The translations under genes and the position numbers were made by a program. Below, piece by piece: positions 35,550 through 42,776 of a DNA stretch of 42,776 nucleotides. Numbering within the stretch: the first letter of the stretch is position 1; each line of letters starts with the position of its first letter. Source of the stretch: an uncultured Desulfobacteraceae bacterium (GTDB lineage Bacteria; Desulfobacterota; Desulfobacteria; Desulfobacterales; UBA5852); the NCBI GenBank assembly GCA_964388465.1, contig CAYMAR010000003.1, positions 1,720 to 44,495 on the forward strand. Reading direction: 5' to 3'. Under the pieces are notes generated by a model, which saw only the letters and a list, made by a program, of their open reading frames with translations, had not been told where the DNA came from and did not search any database.

Positions 35550-36845
35550 TCAGTCGTCAAAATCGCCTTCGGGCCCCTTGTCACCGACGATCGTCGCCGC
35601 CCGCGCCTTGATCGAGGCCTCGTCCCAGTCTTCCGGCGTTGCGATCCGCTCCGCCTTCGGACCGGGGTCGCAGGACCCGGCCGCCATAATGGCGTCCACG
35701 CACAGCGGGGCCGTATCCTGCGCGTTGAATACATTGACCAGCATGTCGTAGGCAAAGGCCCTGACCCGATCCACCATCCGGTCCCGGATTTCGCGGGGCT
35801 GGCCCAGCAACACATTTTCAAACGGCAGATTCAGCTTTTTGTAATTGCCGCCTTTCCAACCCTGCCCGGCGGCATGGGCCACCATGCGCTCCCAGACATC
35901 CTCGCGTACGCCCTCATTGACGACCTTGATGAAGTCGCCGTTGGCATCCAAAATGGCGTTGCCGTAATCGTTGACTTCCAACCCCCAGCTGATCATCTGC
36001 AGGGCGGTGGCCACGTTGGCCTTGGTGGTGCGGGTCCGGTTGGCGATTTCGCGCAGCCGATCGGAATTGTTGCCCGACGTGCCGTGCTGAGCCCCGGAAA
36101 CCTTGTAAGGGGCCAGCGCCGCGTGGATCTCGCGGGTGAGCTCCACCTGGATGCCCTGGCCGCTGGCTTCGATCCCGTGGGTGGAACCGTTGTTCAAGGC
36201 GATCCAATTGGGGAAGATGCCGTGGGCGTTCAGCCCCTGGATCAGAAAAAGCGCTTCTTCGGCCGTCGAGAGGCCCTGTTCACCTTTGATTTCGCCGACT
36301 TCGGTTTCCAGCCCGGCCCAGGTGGGCACGCACGGATTCAGGGCCAGGTTGGTCAGCAGGTTGAGATCGTCGGGCATGTGGGAGGCATCGATGGCGATGG
36401 ATGTCATGCCGGCCTCGAAGATGGTGGGGATCTCGATGCGGGCCGGCTCGATGTCCGCTTCCTTTTTGATCCCGTAGTGATCGGCGTGAATGGCCACGGG
36501 GACGGTGATGCCCAGTTCGTTGCAGGCGGCGTTGACCTGCCGGGCGATATTCCAGTAGTTGACGGCGCAGTAAGCGCCGGCGCCGCCCTCGGAGCGGGCG
36601 ATTTCGATGATCAGACAGGCATTGGCCTGCTGGGCGGCCAGCAGCGCCCCGCGGATGACGAAATGGCTGCGGCCGTTGGCGGCCATGGCAATGGCGTTGC
36701 CCTTGGTCAGCATGGCCAGATCGATGTATTTGCCGCTGACGATCAGGGCTTTGGATTCGGGAAAAAGTTTGACAATGTTCGGCGGACGACCGACTTCCAG
36801 GGCTTTTTGATGGGCCCGAGCATCGAGGGGATGGTTCGCAGCCAT
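35550..36845 (-). CDS. fba: Class II fructose-1,6-bisphosphate aldolase family protein (long form)
   Basis: 431 aa. Contains IIEIARSE, VAIHADH, IAIDASH, ETEVGEIKG, NNGSTHG and GAQHGTSG. AAGGAGA lies upstream of the ATG at 36845. Confidence 0.85.
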   Translation of the reverse strand: MAANHPLDARAHQKALEVGRPPNIVKLFPESKALIVSGKYIDLAMLTKGNAIAMAANGRSHFVIRGALLAAQQANACLIIEIARSEGGAGAYCAVNYWNIARQVNAACNELGITVPVAIHADHYGIKKEADIEPARIEIPTIFEAGMTSIAIDASHMPDDLNLLTNLALNPCVPTWAGLETEVGEIKGEQGLSTAEEALFLIQGLNAHGIFPNWIALNNGSTHGIEASGQGIQVELTREIHAALAPYKVSGAQHGTSGNNSDRLREIANRTRTTKANVATALQMISWGLEVNDYGNAILDANGDFIKVVNEGVREDVWERMVAHAAGQGWKGGNYKKLNLPFENVLLGQPREIRDRMVDRVRAFAYDMLVNVFNAQDTAPLCVDAIMAAGSCDPGPKAERIATPEDWDEASIKARAATIVGDKGPEGDFDD

Positions 36846-36965
36846 GGCATTCTCCTTTGTGGGCGGTATGCGGGACGGCCAGTCTCGGGCCGGCGGGTTT
36901 TTCGATTGATCTTTTAATATTATATTGGCATGTCAATTTCAAGAACACGCCGGGAGGACGAAGAC

Positions 36966-37712
36966 ATGCAGGCGAATGATTTGAAGGGTCGGGTGGCGCT
37001 GGTCACGGGGGGCTCCCGTGGCATCGGTCGTGCCGTGGCGGAGGAACTGGCCCGGGCCGGCGCGGCCGTGGCCGTCAACTACGTGGCCGATCAGGCCGCG
37101 GCCGATGCGGTGGTCGATGGCATTGCCGCGGCGGGCGGCCGGGCGCAGGCCTTCCGGGCGGACCTGGCCGAAACCGAGCAGGTCGAGGCCCTTTTCAACG
37201 GGGTCCAGGATGCGTTCGGGCGGCTGGATATCCTGGTGAACAATGCCGGCCTGGCTCGCTACGGGCCCATCCGGGACTATGCCGTCGAAGACTTCGACCG
37301 CCTCATGGCGGTCAATGTGCGCGGACCCTTTCTGGCCTGCCGGCAGGCCGCCCGCCGAATGGCCGACGGCGGGGCCATCGTCAACATCACCTCGACGGTG
37401 ACCCGCGTGATGCTGCCGAACTACGGCGTCTACGCCGCCACCAAGGGGGCTCTGGAACAGCTGACGCGGGTGCTGGCCAAAGAACTTGGGCCGCGGGCGA
37501 TAACCGTCAATGCCGTGGCCCCGGGCCCCACGGACACCGATCTTTTCCGCCGCGGCAAAACCGAGGCCCAGATCGATAACCTGGCCGGCATGGCGGCGCT
37601 GGGGCGTTTGGGCACACCCCTCGATACCGCACGCGTGGTGGTTTTTCTGGCCGGTCCCCAAGGGCGCTGGATTTCTGGGCAGGTCATACCGGTCAATGGC
37701 GGGTTTGCCTGA
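36966..37712 (+). CDS. SDR-family oxidoreductase (FabG-like)
   Basis: Contains VALVTGGSRGIGRAVA, NNAG and YAATK (YxxxK). GGGAGGA lies upstream of the ATG at 36966. Confidence 0.88.
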   Translation: MQANDLKGRVALVTGGSRGIGRAVAEELARAGAAVAVNYVADQAAADAVVDGIAAAGGRAQAFRADLAETEQVEALFNGVQDAFGRLDILVNNAGLARYGPIRDYAVEDFDRLMAVNVRGPFLACRQAARRMADGGAIVNITSTVTRVMLPNYGVYAATKGALEQLTRVLAKELGPRAITVNAVAPGPTDTDLFRRGKTEAQIDNLAGMAALGRLGTPLDTARVVVFLAGPQGRWISGQVIPVNGGFA

Positions 37713-37721
37713 AGACGGGAT

Positions 37722-37854
37722 TTCCAGAAAAGGCATCTTTGGGCCCCGGGCCGGCGTTCTCGCGGTTTTTGAAATCCTCGACGTAGACGCACACCCTCTG
37801 CGGTTGCAAACGCGTTGCGGCCTTGACCGGAACCCCAATCGACCTTTTCTGGAA
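37722..37854. repeat. 12-bp perfect inverted repeat flanking a 109-nt spacer between the SDR and aldolase genes
   Basis: TTCCAGAAAAGG (37722-37733) is the reverse complement of CCTTTTCTGGAA (37843-37854). Confidence 0.8.
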
Positions 37855-37878
37855 GTCCATATAAGGAGAAATTCATCG

Positions 37879-38544
37879 ATGCTGCTTGCGGATGAACGCC
37901 GGGCCGTGGTGGACGGTGGGAATGCCATGGTGCGCGCCGGCCTTACCACGGGCACCGGTGGCAATTTGAGCCGGATCTGCCGCCGGCACGGACTGGTTGC
38001 GATCAGCCCTTCCGGGATGGACTACGCCGCTGTGCGGCCCGAGGACGTGGCCCTGGTGGATTTAGACGGCCTCAAGGTGGAAGGCGGGTATCGGCCTTCG
38101 AGCGAGCTGGGTTTTCATCTGGGCCTTTACCGACGCCGGCCGGATGTGGGGGCCGTGGTGCACACCCATTCGGTCTACGCCACCACCCTGGCCTGTCTGG
38201 GCTGGGAGCTGCCCGCCATCCATTATCTGGTCGGATTCGCCGGCCGCAAGGTGCCGGTGGCGCCTTATGCCACCTTTGGGACGGATGCGCTGGCCGTCAA
38301 CGTGGCCGCCACGATGGGTGCTGACATAAACGCCGTACTGCTCGCCAACCACGGCCTGGTCGCGGTGGGGGCGGACATGCGTGCGGCCCTGAACACGGCC
38401 GAGGAGGTCGAATTCGTGGCCCGGATCTACTACCAGGCCCGGTGCGCGGGTTCGCCGGTGATCCTGCCCGACCGCGAAATGGACGTCGTCATCGAAAAAT
38501 TCAAAACCTACGGGAAGCCGCGGGCCGAAGGGGACGCGCAATAA
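37879..38544 (+). CDS. Class II aldolase/adducin-family protein (FucA / ribulose-5-P 4-epimerase-like)
   Basis: Contains GTGGNLS, SSELGFHLGLY, VVHTHS and LLANHG. AAGGAGA lies 9 nt upstream of the ATG at 37879. The track ORF from 37510 is an upstream extension. Confidence 0.85.
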   Translation: MLLADERRAVVDGGNAMVRAGLTTGTGGNLSRICRRHGLVAISPSGMDYAAVRPEDVALVDLDGLKVEGGYRPSSELGFHLGLYRRRPDVGAVVHTHSVYATTLACLGWELPAIHYLVGFAGRKVPVAPYATFGTDALAVNVAATMGADINAVLLANHGLVAVGADMRAALNTAEEVEFVARIYYQARCAGSPVILPDREMDVVIEKFKTYGKPRAEGDAQ

Positions 38545-38617
38545 CCGCCCGGCCGGGCAAGACGTTTGATTGCCGGGCTTGCCGTCGGTCCGCAAACGGA
38601 TCAGGGGAGATGTCGCC

Positions 38618-39316
38618 ATGGCCACATTTCGTTCCGTAAAAATAGAAATCGAACCCGGGCGCGCCGTCGACGGGCGGGTCGAGTTGCCGGCGGCCGGTGG
38701 CGAGGGCTGTCGGGCGTTTGTTCTGATGGCCCACGGGGCCGGGAACGATATGCACGAAGCGCTGCTCACGTATCTGGCGGACGGGCTGGCGTCCCGGGGC
38801 TGTGGGTCGCTGCGCTTCAACTTCCCCTACCGATGCGAAGGGCGGGGGCGCCCCGACAGCCAGCGGGTGCTCGAGCGCACCTGGCGGGCGGCGGTCGAAT
38901 GGGCTCGCCGCCGGCCCGATATCGAGACGTGCAACCTGCTGGCCGGCGGCAAATCCATGGGCGCTCGCGTGGCCTCGCAGCTGGGCGCCGCGGGGCAGCT
39001 GGCGGTGGGCGGTTTCCTGTTTTGGGGCTACCCGCTGCACGCCCCCGGCAAGACGCATCAGCTGCGGGACGCCCATTTGGATGCCATCGGCGCGCCGATG
39101 CTTTTCGTGGCCGGCACCCGCGACCCCTTCTGCAACCTGGATCTGATGCAGCCCGTCGTGAAACGTCTTGGAAAGCGGGCCGCGCTGGAGATCATCGAAG
39201 CGGGGGATCATTCCTTTCGGGTGCCCCGAAACGCCGGGCGATCCCAGGAGAGCGTATACGCCGACATCCTGGAGCGCTCCCACCGCTGGATCGAGAACCT
39301 GCCCGCCAATGGCTGA
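38618..39316 (+). CDS. Alpha/beta hydrolase (dienelactone-hydrolase / KANL3-Tex30-like)
   Basis: 232 aa. Contains LMAHGAGN, the nucleophile elbow GGKSMGARV, GTRDPF and GDHSF. GGGGAGA lies 7 nt upstream of the ATG at 38618. Confidence 0.75.
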   Translation: MATFRSVKIEIEPGRAVDGRVELPAAGGEGCRAFVLMAHGAGNDMHEALLTYLADGLASRGCGSLRFNFPYRCEGRGRPDSQRVLERTWRAAVEWARRRPDIETCNLLAGGKSMGARVASQLGAAGQLAVGGFLFWGYPLHAPGKTHQLRDAHLDAIGAPMLFVAGTRDPFCNLDLMQPVVKRLGKRAALEIIEAGDHSFRVPRNAGRSQESVYADILERSHRWIENLPANG

Positions 39317-39362
39317 ACGCGTCCCGACCGGGCCGGCCCCATCATGGCATGTTACCAGACAG

Positions 39363-39403
39363 AAAAGCCGAAGGCGGTTTTCGCCGCCATCGGCTTTTAT
39401 TGA
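39363..39403. terminator. Bidirectional terminator between the hydrolase (+) and cytochrome c3 (-) genes
   Basis: AAAAGCCGAAGGCGG / CCGCCATCGGCTTTT (39363-39377 / 39384-39398). One A-A mismatch, loop TTTTCG, A-run 5' and T-run 3'. Confidence 0.6.
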
Positions 39404-39473
39404 TTCGAATGAACGCTTGGAGCGCCGCCCGTAAAGACGGGGACGGGCGGCGGCTGGCGCGACCGGTTTATGT

Positions 39474-39971
39474 TTAGATTTCCTGGTGGCAGCCCTTGCA
39501 GCTGACGGGGCCGTTGCGCTTAAGCTCGATGTTGCCCGTCAGAGTCCCCCTCTTGTTGATGGCACGGTTCTGGGCATTGATATCACGGTGGCAGCCGCGG
39601 CACATCTCATGATAGGCATGTTTGAAATAGCGGATGCCTTCATCGGTATATTTGCCGTCCACGATCGATTTTTCAGGCGCTTCGGCCAGGTCGTGACAAC
39701 CCGAGGCCGTACAGGAATTGAGGTATTCGGTGTAATCCCATTTATGGTGACAGGTGTCGCAGCTGTAGGTCATGTGGCGGTTGTGCGGGAAAAGCGAATC
39801 GGGAAGCGTGGTTTCGGCCCCGTCGGGAACGCTGGTCACAAGATTGCCCATCGGTATCGTCAGTTCACCTTCCTCATCAATGCCCTCGACCCAAGGCCCG
39901 GATGCCATCAAGGTGCCGCCCATGATCAGAAAGATCGCCCCACACAGAATCACCATTTTTTTGTTGAACAT
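39474..39971 (-). CDS. Periplasmic tetraheme cytochrome c3-family protein
   Basis: Signal peptide MFNKKMVILCGAIFLIMGGTLMA. Four heme sites: CDTCH, CTASGCH (CX4CH), CRGCH and CKGCH, with extra His ligands (HNRH, HH, HAYH). GAGGGGG lies upstream of the ATG at 39971. Confidence 0.88.
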   Translation of the reverse strand: MFNKKMVILCGAIFLIMGGTLMASGPWVEGIDEEGELTIPMGNLVTSVPDGAETTLPDSLFPHNRHMTYSCDTCHHKWDYTEYLNSCTASGCHDLAEAPEKSIVDGKYTDEGIRYFKHAYHEMCRGCHRDINAQNRAINKRGTLTGNIELKRNGPVSCKGCHQEI

Positions 39972-40284
39972 CACTGCCCCCTCTCGTTCGGTAGTATCTT
40001 TCAGCCCGCAGGCTTTGTTTCCGGTGTCACTGGAACAATAATATTTAAATTTATCAATAGTTTGTCATGATCATTCGGTTCAGAGGCATTCCGTGAATCC
40101 AATTCAAATGAGCCGTATAGCATAAAACGTTAAAAAAGTAATGGGGATATTTGAATCCGGGCCGGACCGTTGAACTTGACCGCCGCTGACGTTTCCATTA
40201 GAACCCGGCATCGAGATCGACCCACCCTTGCGCCGGCGCCGGACGGTGCCGGATAAACCCTTTTAAGGGTAGGAGAGCGCAGCC

Positions 40285-40653
40285 ATGAGCGATAACGATC
40301 AAGCGGACAATTTTTCGGATGAGCGCGTTTCGGATGCCGAGTGGGCCAATCGGCGCCTGTGCCCCGATGGTCACTGTATCGGTGTGATCGGCCCGGATGG
40401 CCGCTGCAAGGAGTGCGGGCGGCCGGGCGTAAAGGCCCCTGCCGAAGCCGACGACGCCCCTCCGACCGTCGCGAATGGTGAAAGCGAGGCGGATGAGGAC
40501 CTTGCAGCCGACACGATTCCTTCTGAAAGCCCTGCCGCGGCGGATGACGACGATTGGGCTAACCGGCGGCTGTGCCCCGACGGCAACTGCATCGGCGTCA
40601 TCGGCCCGGATGGCCGCTGCAAGGAGTGCGGCCGCCCCGACGAAGCCTCCTGA
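40285..40653 (+). CDS. Acidic protein with two tandem CPDGxC-x9-CxxC zinc-ribbon modules
   Basis: 122 aa with AGGAGAG upstream. WANRRLCPDG(H/N)CIGVIGPDGRCKECGRP occurs twice (res 20-47 and 91-118). The modules are separated by an Asp/Glu/Ala/Pro-rich linker. Confidence 0.7.
   Translation: MSDNDQADNFSDERVSDAEWANRRLCPDGHCIGVIGPDGRCKECGRPGVKAPAEADDAPPTVANGESEADEDLAADTIPSESPAAADDDDWANRRLCPDGNCIGVIGPDGRCKECGRPDEAS
40342..40638 (+). repeat. Intragenic direct duplication: two 84-nt modules 213 nt apart
   Basis: Copies at 40342-40425 and 40555-40638. They share an identical 32-nt core ATCGGCCCGGATGGCCGCTGCAAGGAGTGCGG and differ mostly at synonymous positions elsewhere. Confidence 0.85.
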
Positions 40654-40922
40654 CGCACCGATCCGCCGCCCCGCCCCGAACCGATCTCGATGGGCCGGTC
40701 CCCTCCGCCCGCCGGCCCGTGCCTTGTCCTTTCCTTTCAAGAAATTCCCTTCCCCGTCCGATAACGTTTCTCAAGACGATGATCCCCAATGGTTTGATCG
40801 CCAGGATGGCTTGACCGGCTAGGCGCCGCTGGCTTTCAGACGCGGTGGGCCGCCCGGTGCCAAGGAATATGCCAATCCTGGCGGCCTCGAAATCGAAAGA
40901 CGGTTGAGGGTGTTTGCCCGCA

Positions 40923-42776
40923 ATGCCCGGAAAAATTAAAAAATGGACCGCAGCGGTCCTGTTGCTGCTCTCAGCGGTCTTCCTTCCCCCGGCGGCCCAG
41001 GCCGATAAAACCATCGTGGTTGGCATCTACCCGCACCCGCCGCTGATGACGGTCGACGATCGCGGCCGACCGGACGGGTTCCTGGTGGAGGTCGTGCGTG
41101 CGATTGCCGAACGTGCGGGCTGGGATGTGGCTTTTCGTAGCGGCTGCTGGGCGGATTGCATCGAATGGCTTGAAAAAGGCGAGATTGACGTCCTCGGCGG
41201 CGTGCCGTTCAACGACCGGAGCGCTTCGTGGTTGCGCTTCGGGCGTGAAAGCCTCCTGACGGCCTGGGGGCAGGTGCACATCCAGCCGGGCGCTGCCATT
41301 GAATCGGTCGTCGACCTGGCGGGCCGTAAAGTGGCCGTCATGAGGGATGACCGCTACTATTGGGATTTCCGGGATGTGATCGAACGCCTGGGGCTGCAGT
41401 GCCGTTTTATCGAGGCGGATGACTACGAAACCGTGCTCATGCTGGTGGCGGCCGGCCGGTGTGATGCCGGTATCGTCAGCCAGTTCTTTGGGGATGCCAA
41501 CCGGGACCGATTTGCCGTGGTCAAGAGCACCATCGTCTTCAGCCCCCGCAAGCTTTATTTCGCCGCACGGCAGGGCCGCCGGGCGGCGCTGGTCGAAGCG
41601 ATCGACGACCAGCTCTGGGAGTTGAAACGTGACCAACGCTCGGCCTATTACCTTGCCCTGGCCCGTTGGTTCAGCCCGCTGCGTGAGTATCATCTGCCGC
41701 CCTGGGTCTGGTGGGTGAGCAGCGGTATCGGTGTGGTCACATTGGCGCTCGTTCTTCATATTGTGGTGATGCGCCGCAGTATCCGGTTCAAGACCCGCGA
41801 GCTTTCGGATAACAACGCGACGCTCTTCCAGGAGATTCTTCAGCGCCGACAGGCCGAGGCCGCGCTCCACCGCCAGAACGAATACATGAACGCCCTGCAT
41901 GATACGGCCCTGGGCCTGCTGCGCCGCCTCGACCTGGACGAACTCCTAAAGGCACTGGTGAAGCGTGCCGGGCTGCTGCTGAGCGCTTCGGCCGGATTTG
42001 TCTACATCTACGACAAGGAACTCAAGGTTCTGGTTCTGAAGGCGGGTCTGGGGGTGTTTGCCGATGCCATCGGCGATCAGAATCTGCCGGATCAGGGCCT
42101 GGTCGGCCGGGTCTATCGCCAGGGCGCGGCCCTCAGCGTCGAAAACTACCGCGCCTGGCCGCATCGATTGGGAAAACCGGTTTCTAATAATATCCGCGGT
42201 GTTCTCGCGGCACCCTTGTGCTCGGGCGGGGAGGTCGGCGGGGTGATCGGTTTTGCCCATTGCCAGGCCGGGGTGCAATTTGATGCCGAGGAGAAGCGTA
42301 TCCTTGAGCAGTTCGCCGAACTGGCCGCCATCGCCATCGACAACGCCACCCTCTACACGCGTCTGCAGAAGGAACTGGGTGAGCGCCGCCGCATGGAGGA
42401 TCAACTTCTCCAGGCCCAGAAAATGGAGGCCATTGGCACGTTGGCCGGTGGTATCGCCCATGATTTCAACAATATCCTGGGGGCGATTATCGGCTACACC
42501 GAAATATCCTACTACGATCTGCCGGAGAACTCGAAGGCGCGCAACAACATGGCACAGGTGCTCCAGGCCGGGAACCGGGCCCGTGATCTGGTGAAACAGA
42601 TTCTGGCCTTCAGCCGCAAGAGCAATTCCGATCACAAACTCATCGACATCGTTCCGATCACCAAAGAGGTGCTCAAGCTGCTCCGGGCCTCTCTGCCGAG
42701 CACCATTGATATCCGATCCCGAATCGCGACGGAAATCGGCTTGATTCTGGCCGACCCGACCCAGATCCATCAGGTG
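40923..42776 (+). CDS. Sensor histidine kinase (periplasmic SBP_bac_3-like domain, TM, GAF, HisKA); 3'-partial at window end
   Basis: I translated this by hand. The frame is open for all 618 codons from the ATG at 40923 to the window end and is absent from the ORF track. Signal peptide [27 protein letters not shown], then a family-3 solute-binding-like domain. TM segment [26 protein letters not shown]-like region ([10 protein letters not shown]...VLAAPL...GVIGF). H-box [18 protein letters not shown]. Confidence 0.85.
   Translation, partial: MPGKIKKWTAAVLLLLSAVFLPPAAQADKTIVVGIYPHPPLMTVDDRGRPDGFLVEVVRAIAERAGWDVAFRSGCWADCIEWLEKGEIDVLGGVPFNDRSASWLRFGRESLLTAWGQVHIQPGAAIESVVDLAGRKVAVMRDDRYYWDFRDVIERLGLQCRFIEADDYETVLMLVAAGRCDAGIVSQFFGDANRDRFAVVKSTIVFSPRKLYFAARQGRRAALVEAIDDQLWELKRDQRSAYYLALARWFSPLREYHLPPWVWWVSSGIGVVTLALVLHIVVMRRSIRFKTRELSDNNATLFQEILQRRQAEAALHRQNEYMNALHDTALGLLRRLDLDELLKALVKRAGLLLSASAGFVYIYDKELKVLVLKAGLGVFADAIGDQNLPDQGLVGRVYRQGAALSVENYRAWPHRLGKPVSNNIRGVLAAPLCSGGEVGGVIGFAHCQAGVQFDAEEKRILEQFAELAAIAIDNATLYTRLQKELGERRRMEDQLLQAQKMEAIGTLAGGIAHDFNNILGAIIGYTEISYYDLPENSKARNNMAQVLQAGNRARDLVKQILAFSRKSNSDHKLIDIVPITKEVLKLLRASLPSTIDIRSRIATEIGLILADPTQIHQV

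Noticed and set aside
35502-36917. 471-aa plus-strand ORF antisense to fba
   Set aside because: No motifs. The opposite strand has the class II aldolase signature set.
36926-36941. Sigma54-like TGGCAT-N5-TTTCA upstream of the SDR gene
   Set aside because: The essential -12 GC dinucleotide is TC, so it is too weak to call.
36939-39477. Several long ORFs (36939-37964 -, 38062-38820 -, 38501-39283 -, 38566-39477 +) overlapping the SDR/aldolase/hydrolase genes
   Set aside because: All are antisense or off-frame with R/P/G-rich translations. The chosen frames have SD sequences and family motifs (TGGSRGIG/YAATK, VHTHS, GKSMG).
40342-40638. Two near-identical 84-nt repeats that could be mistaken for a mini CRISPR or other repeat array
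   Set aside because: There are only two copies. They lie in frame within one CDS and encode the same peptide module, and there are no spacer-like units or cas genes.
40198-40740. 180-aa minus-strand ORF covering the zinc-ribbon gene
   Set aside because: It is antisense to a frame with an SD and a duplicated, Cys-conserving module. Differences between the two DNA copies are mostly synonymous in the + frame, which supports the + frame as coding.

Overview
The window is visibly GC-rich bacterial chromosomal DNA (GC not computed). It is densely coding, with about 45 genes, many joined by ATGA/TGATG overlaps. Gene content points to an anaerobic Desulfobacterota-type (deltaproteobacterial, sulfate-reducer-like) organism: tetraheme cytochrome c3, fused cobA/hemD next to hemC, iorAB, selA, TRAP transporter, FIST-PP2C and GAF histidine-kinase signalling. 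This assignment is inference from gene content only. Most genes are recognisable housekeeping genes. They include peroxiredoxin, dus, nnr, iorAB, dctPQM, moaA, gpgS, an M20 peptidase, cobA/hemD, hemC, gmhA, selA and pyrF. There is also a long minus-strand block phoH-pgpH-ybeY-pdxJ-tsaE-lysC, followed by cvpA, mazG, class II fba, an SDR/aldolase/hydrolase trio and cytochrome c3. I found no rRNA, tRNA, CRISPR array, transposase, integrase, phage or classical defence genes, so I cannot point to an obvious novel multi-gene system. The candidates I consider most worth follow-up are listed here. (1) A 76-aa Arg-rich protein with repeated RRSGx(D/E)RR motifs directly upstream of a FIST-SpoIIE/PP2C phosphatase. 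(2) A 122-aa acidic protein made of two near-identical CPDGxC...CxxC zinc-ribbon modules, lying between cytochrome c3 and a sensor kinase. (3) An orphan sigma54-like promoter plus bidirectional terminator with no ORF, a candidate sRNA between dctM and moaA. (4) Long-range perfect inverted repeats in two intergenic regions. (5) A lower-GC M20-peptidase/gpgS pair. (6) A degenerate-GGDEF/TPR gene wedged between selA and gmhA. One real gene, the sensor kinase at 40923 to the window end, is missing from the supplied ORF track because it has no stop codon in the window. Many long ORFs in the track are antisense or off-frame shadows typical of GC-rich DNA. The track reports the longest ATG/GTG/TTG extension, so I trimmed starts to the codon best supported by Shine-Dalgarno spacing and family N-termini.
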